A program made the position numbers and the translations under genes. The notes beneath the pieces are model-generated. The model made no database searches and had not been told where the DNA came from. It worked only from the letters and a program-made list of their open reading frames with translations. DNA of 63,793 bases, filler included, from Folioceros fuciformis (Eukaryota): the NCBI GenBank assembly GCA_049999805.1. It is 4 parts of 4 records of this genome, joined end to end, with 100 filler letters (N's around TTAATTAATTAA, not from the genome) between each part and the next. Parts side by side here need not be neighbours in the genome. Positions count along the whole stretch, not along the records: positions 62,086 to 63,793 come from JBNGIO010006288.1; 3 more parts are not named here. One strand, given 5' to 3'. Below are positions 62,086-63,793 of this stretch, in pieces (the first letter of the stretch is position 1; the number at the start of each line of letters is the position of its first letter).

Positions 62086-63793
62086 TATAACATATATAAG
62101 CTCATAGGTGATGATAATTTAGGTAAAGAAAAGAAAAGAAAATAATACTATATGCATCTTATAGCATGGTGTGGCAAGATAGGGTGTCAATATACAGTTC
62201 TGTATCAGAACTCCGTAGTTATGTACCCCACTATCCGGATCAGTACTCGGATGGGGGACTGGTGACTGCTCCGCGTTTTGAAAACCCATAATATGCACAG
62301 TCAAGCTCCTTCCTGATGAATCAGTACCGGGATGGGGGACCATTGATTGGAGCCCCCCAAATAGGAATAATGAAAAGGGTAGGAATAATGAAAAGGGCTC
62401 AAAAAGGCCCTTAAATAGTAATAAAGGAGGATAAGGCTGAAAAGAAGACCCCGCTACGCGATTGGCGGGCGGGAAAAACCGGTACATTAGTTATGGCCGG
62501 CCACAGGCTACGAGGAGCGCGCCAAGAGGGAAAGCCGTCGTTATCGGCCTTCCCCGAATTTGGAGGCGCGCTCCATGGCTGCACTTTTGATCAGGCTGGA
62601 ATCCCGCTGATGCGCGCTGATTGTAGAGGGTACTCCCACGCCACTGTAGAAGATACTGCCGCGCCGCGCCGCGCGCCTGGGCAGCACCTGGATTGCTCCT
62701 GTATTGCAGTGATTGGGCTGTTGCTAGATCGGTAAAAGTCTGCCACTATTCATCAGTGTATGCAAATTTTATGCTGAGGGTAGAGCGCGAGTGGATTGCT
62801 GCCACTCCTGTTGCTAATAAGCTGTATTTGAATTTGCTGTGTGCAAAAGGTGAGTAGCCGCAACACTCCTTAATATTGCCTTTCATGTTGATAATGGTGG
62901 CAAGACCCCGTCGTGCGATGCATCACATGATGGAAAGTGAAAGTGCCCATGCCCCCCCCGGTGCATCGAGGGACGGGAAAAAGAAAAGAAAAAGGAAGAC
63001 AAGCCGAAGGAAGAAATTAGCGGCACGGAGGGAGAAAGGTGCCTTAAACCGCCAAGCGGCGCATGCTCACATCCTGGGATACAAAGAAGCCTTAGCAAGG
63101 GGCGAGAAAATACCAACATCTGGTCCTGGGCGACATATAGAAGAGGGTGAAGATGACCCTAATTTTGATGCTGATTTCTTGCATGTATGTGCCTTGGCTG
63201 CTAACACATGTGATGCCGAAGAAGTAGAAGAGGAGGATCTATTGGTGATCCAAAACCACATAGGGAACACGGAAGTGGTAGTAAAGGAAATCAAAAATAC
63301 CATAGAGGCTAGTAAGTAAATACTAAGCTGTAATAATAGCACCATATATATTGCTGAAGAATAATAAAATTATCGAAAATGCAGCTGAAATCATAGGGCA
63401 GCAGCCGATAGCTCCCATTCTCCATAAGGACGGGATCCCAATAAATAAATGTGCTGAGGCAGCATCTGCAGAATATCCGGAATTCGACAACGTCAAAATA
63501 GAGGAAAAGTCGGAGGAGTCCGGGTATGCCGCAACAGATAATATAGACCCCAAGTCAGCGATATGTGAGGGAAGTCCAAGCTGGAGGTCGTACCCTAGTG
63601 CTAATAGTCCTCTTGACAATGGGGAGATAATCAAAACGGAAACAGCAATGACAGAGGGAAATAATAAAAGTGAGTAGGAAAAGAGGTAAGGGTACAGATG
63701 GGTGCCAGAGAAAAATATGCTTCCTAACAAAATCTACTGTTGTTGCAGTAGTGAAATATCATAACTTAGTTAATTATAATATTGAATAGCCAG

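Overview
Gene-dense eukaryotic nuclear DNA from a land plant. Short (~60-150 nt) introns, ~50% GC and tight gene spacing suggest a seed-free plant such as a hornwort (inference). Three N-TTAATTAATTAA-N linkers (28746-28845, 54845-54944, 61986-62085) show the window is four joined contigs, so neighbourhoods across them are not proven. Genes in order: HSP70-8-type chaperone, full-size ABCB transporter, telobox-Myb (TRFL) protein, three RALF precursor paralogues interleaved with DNA ligase IV, a plastid DprA/Smf-like protein, POD1/TAPT1, an old-yellow-enzyme reductase, two small conserved proteins, an SRPBCC protein, an SCL28-type GRAS factor and a ferritin with no coding introns. A hAT-type MITE (8-bp TSD) and a complete Mutator-like element (long TIRs, 9-11-bp TSD, decayed DDE/SWIM transposase) lie side by side. 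Most notable: (i) a LIG4-RALF duplication array with diverging mature RALF peptides; (ii) a LIG4 that appears to lack its N-terminal DNA-binding domain but keeps open downstream exons and two U12-type introns; (iii) a 10/20-residue periodic repeat domain in front of the GRAS domain. No tRNA, rRNA or CRISPR array was found. Family assignments come from recalled motifs, not database searches.
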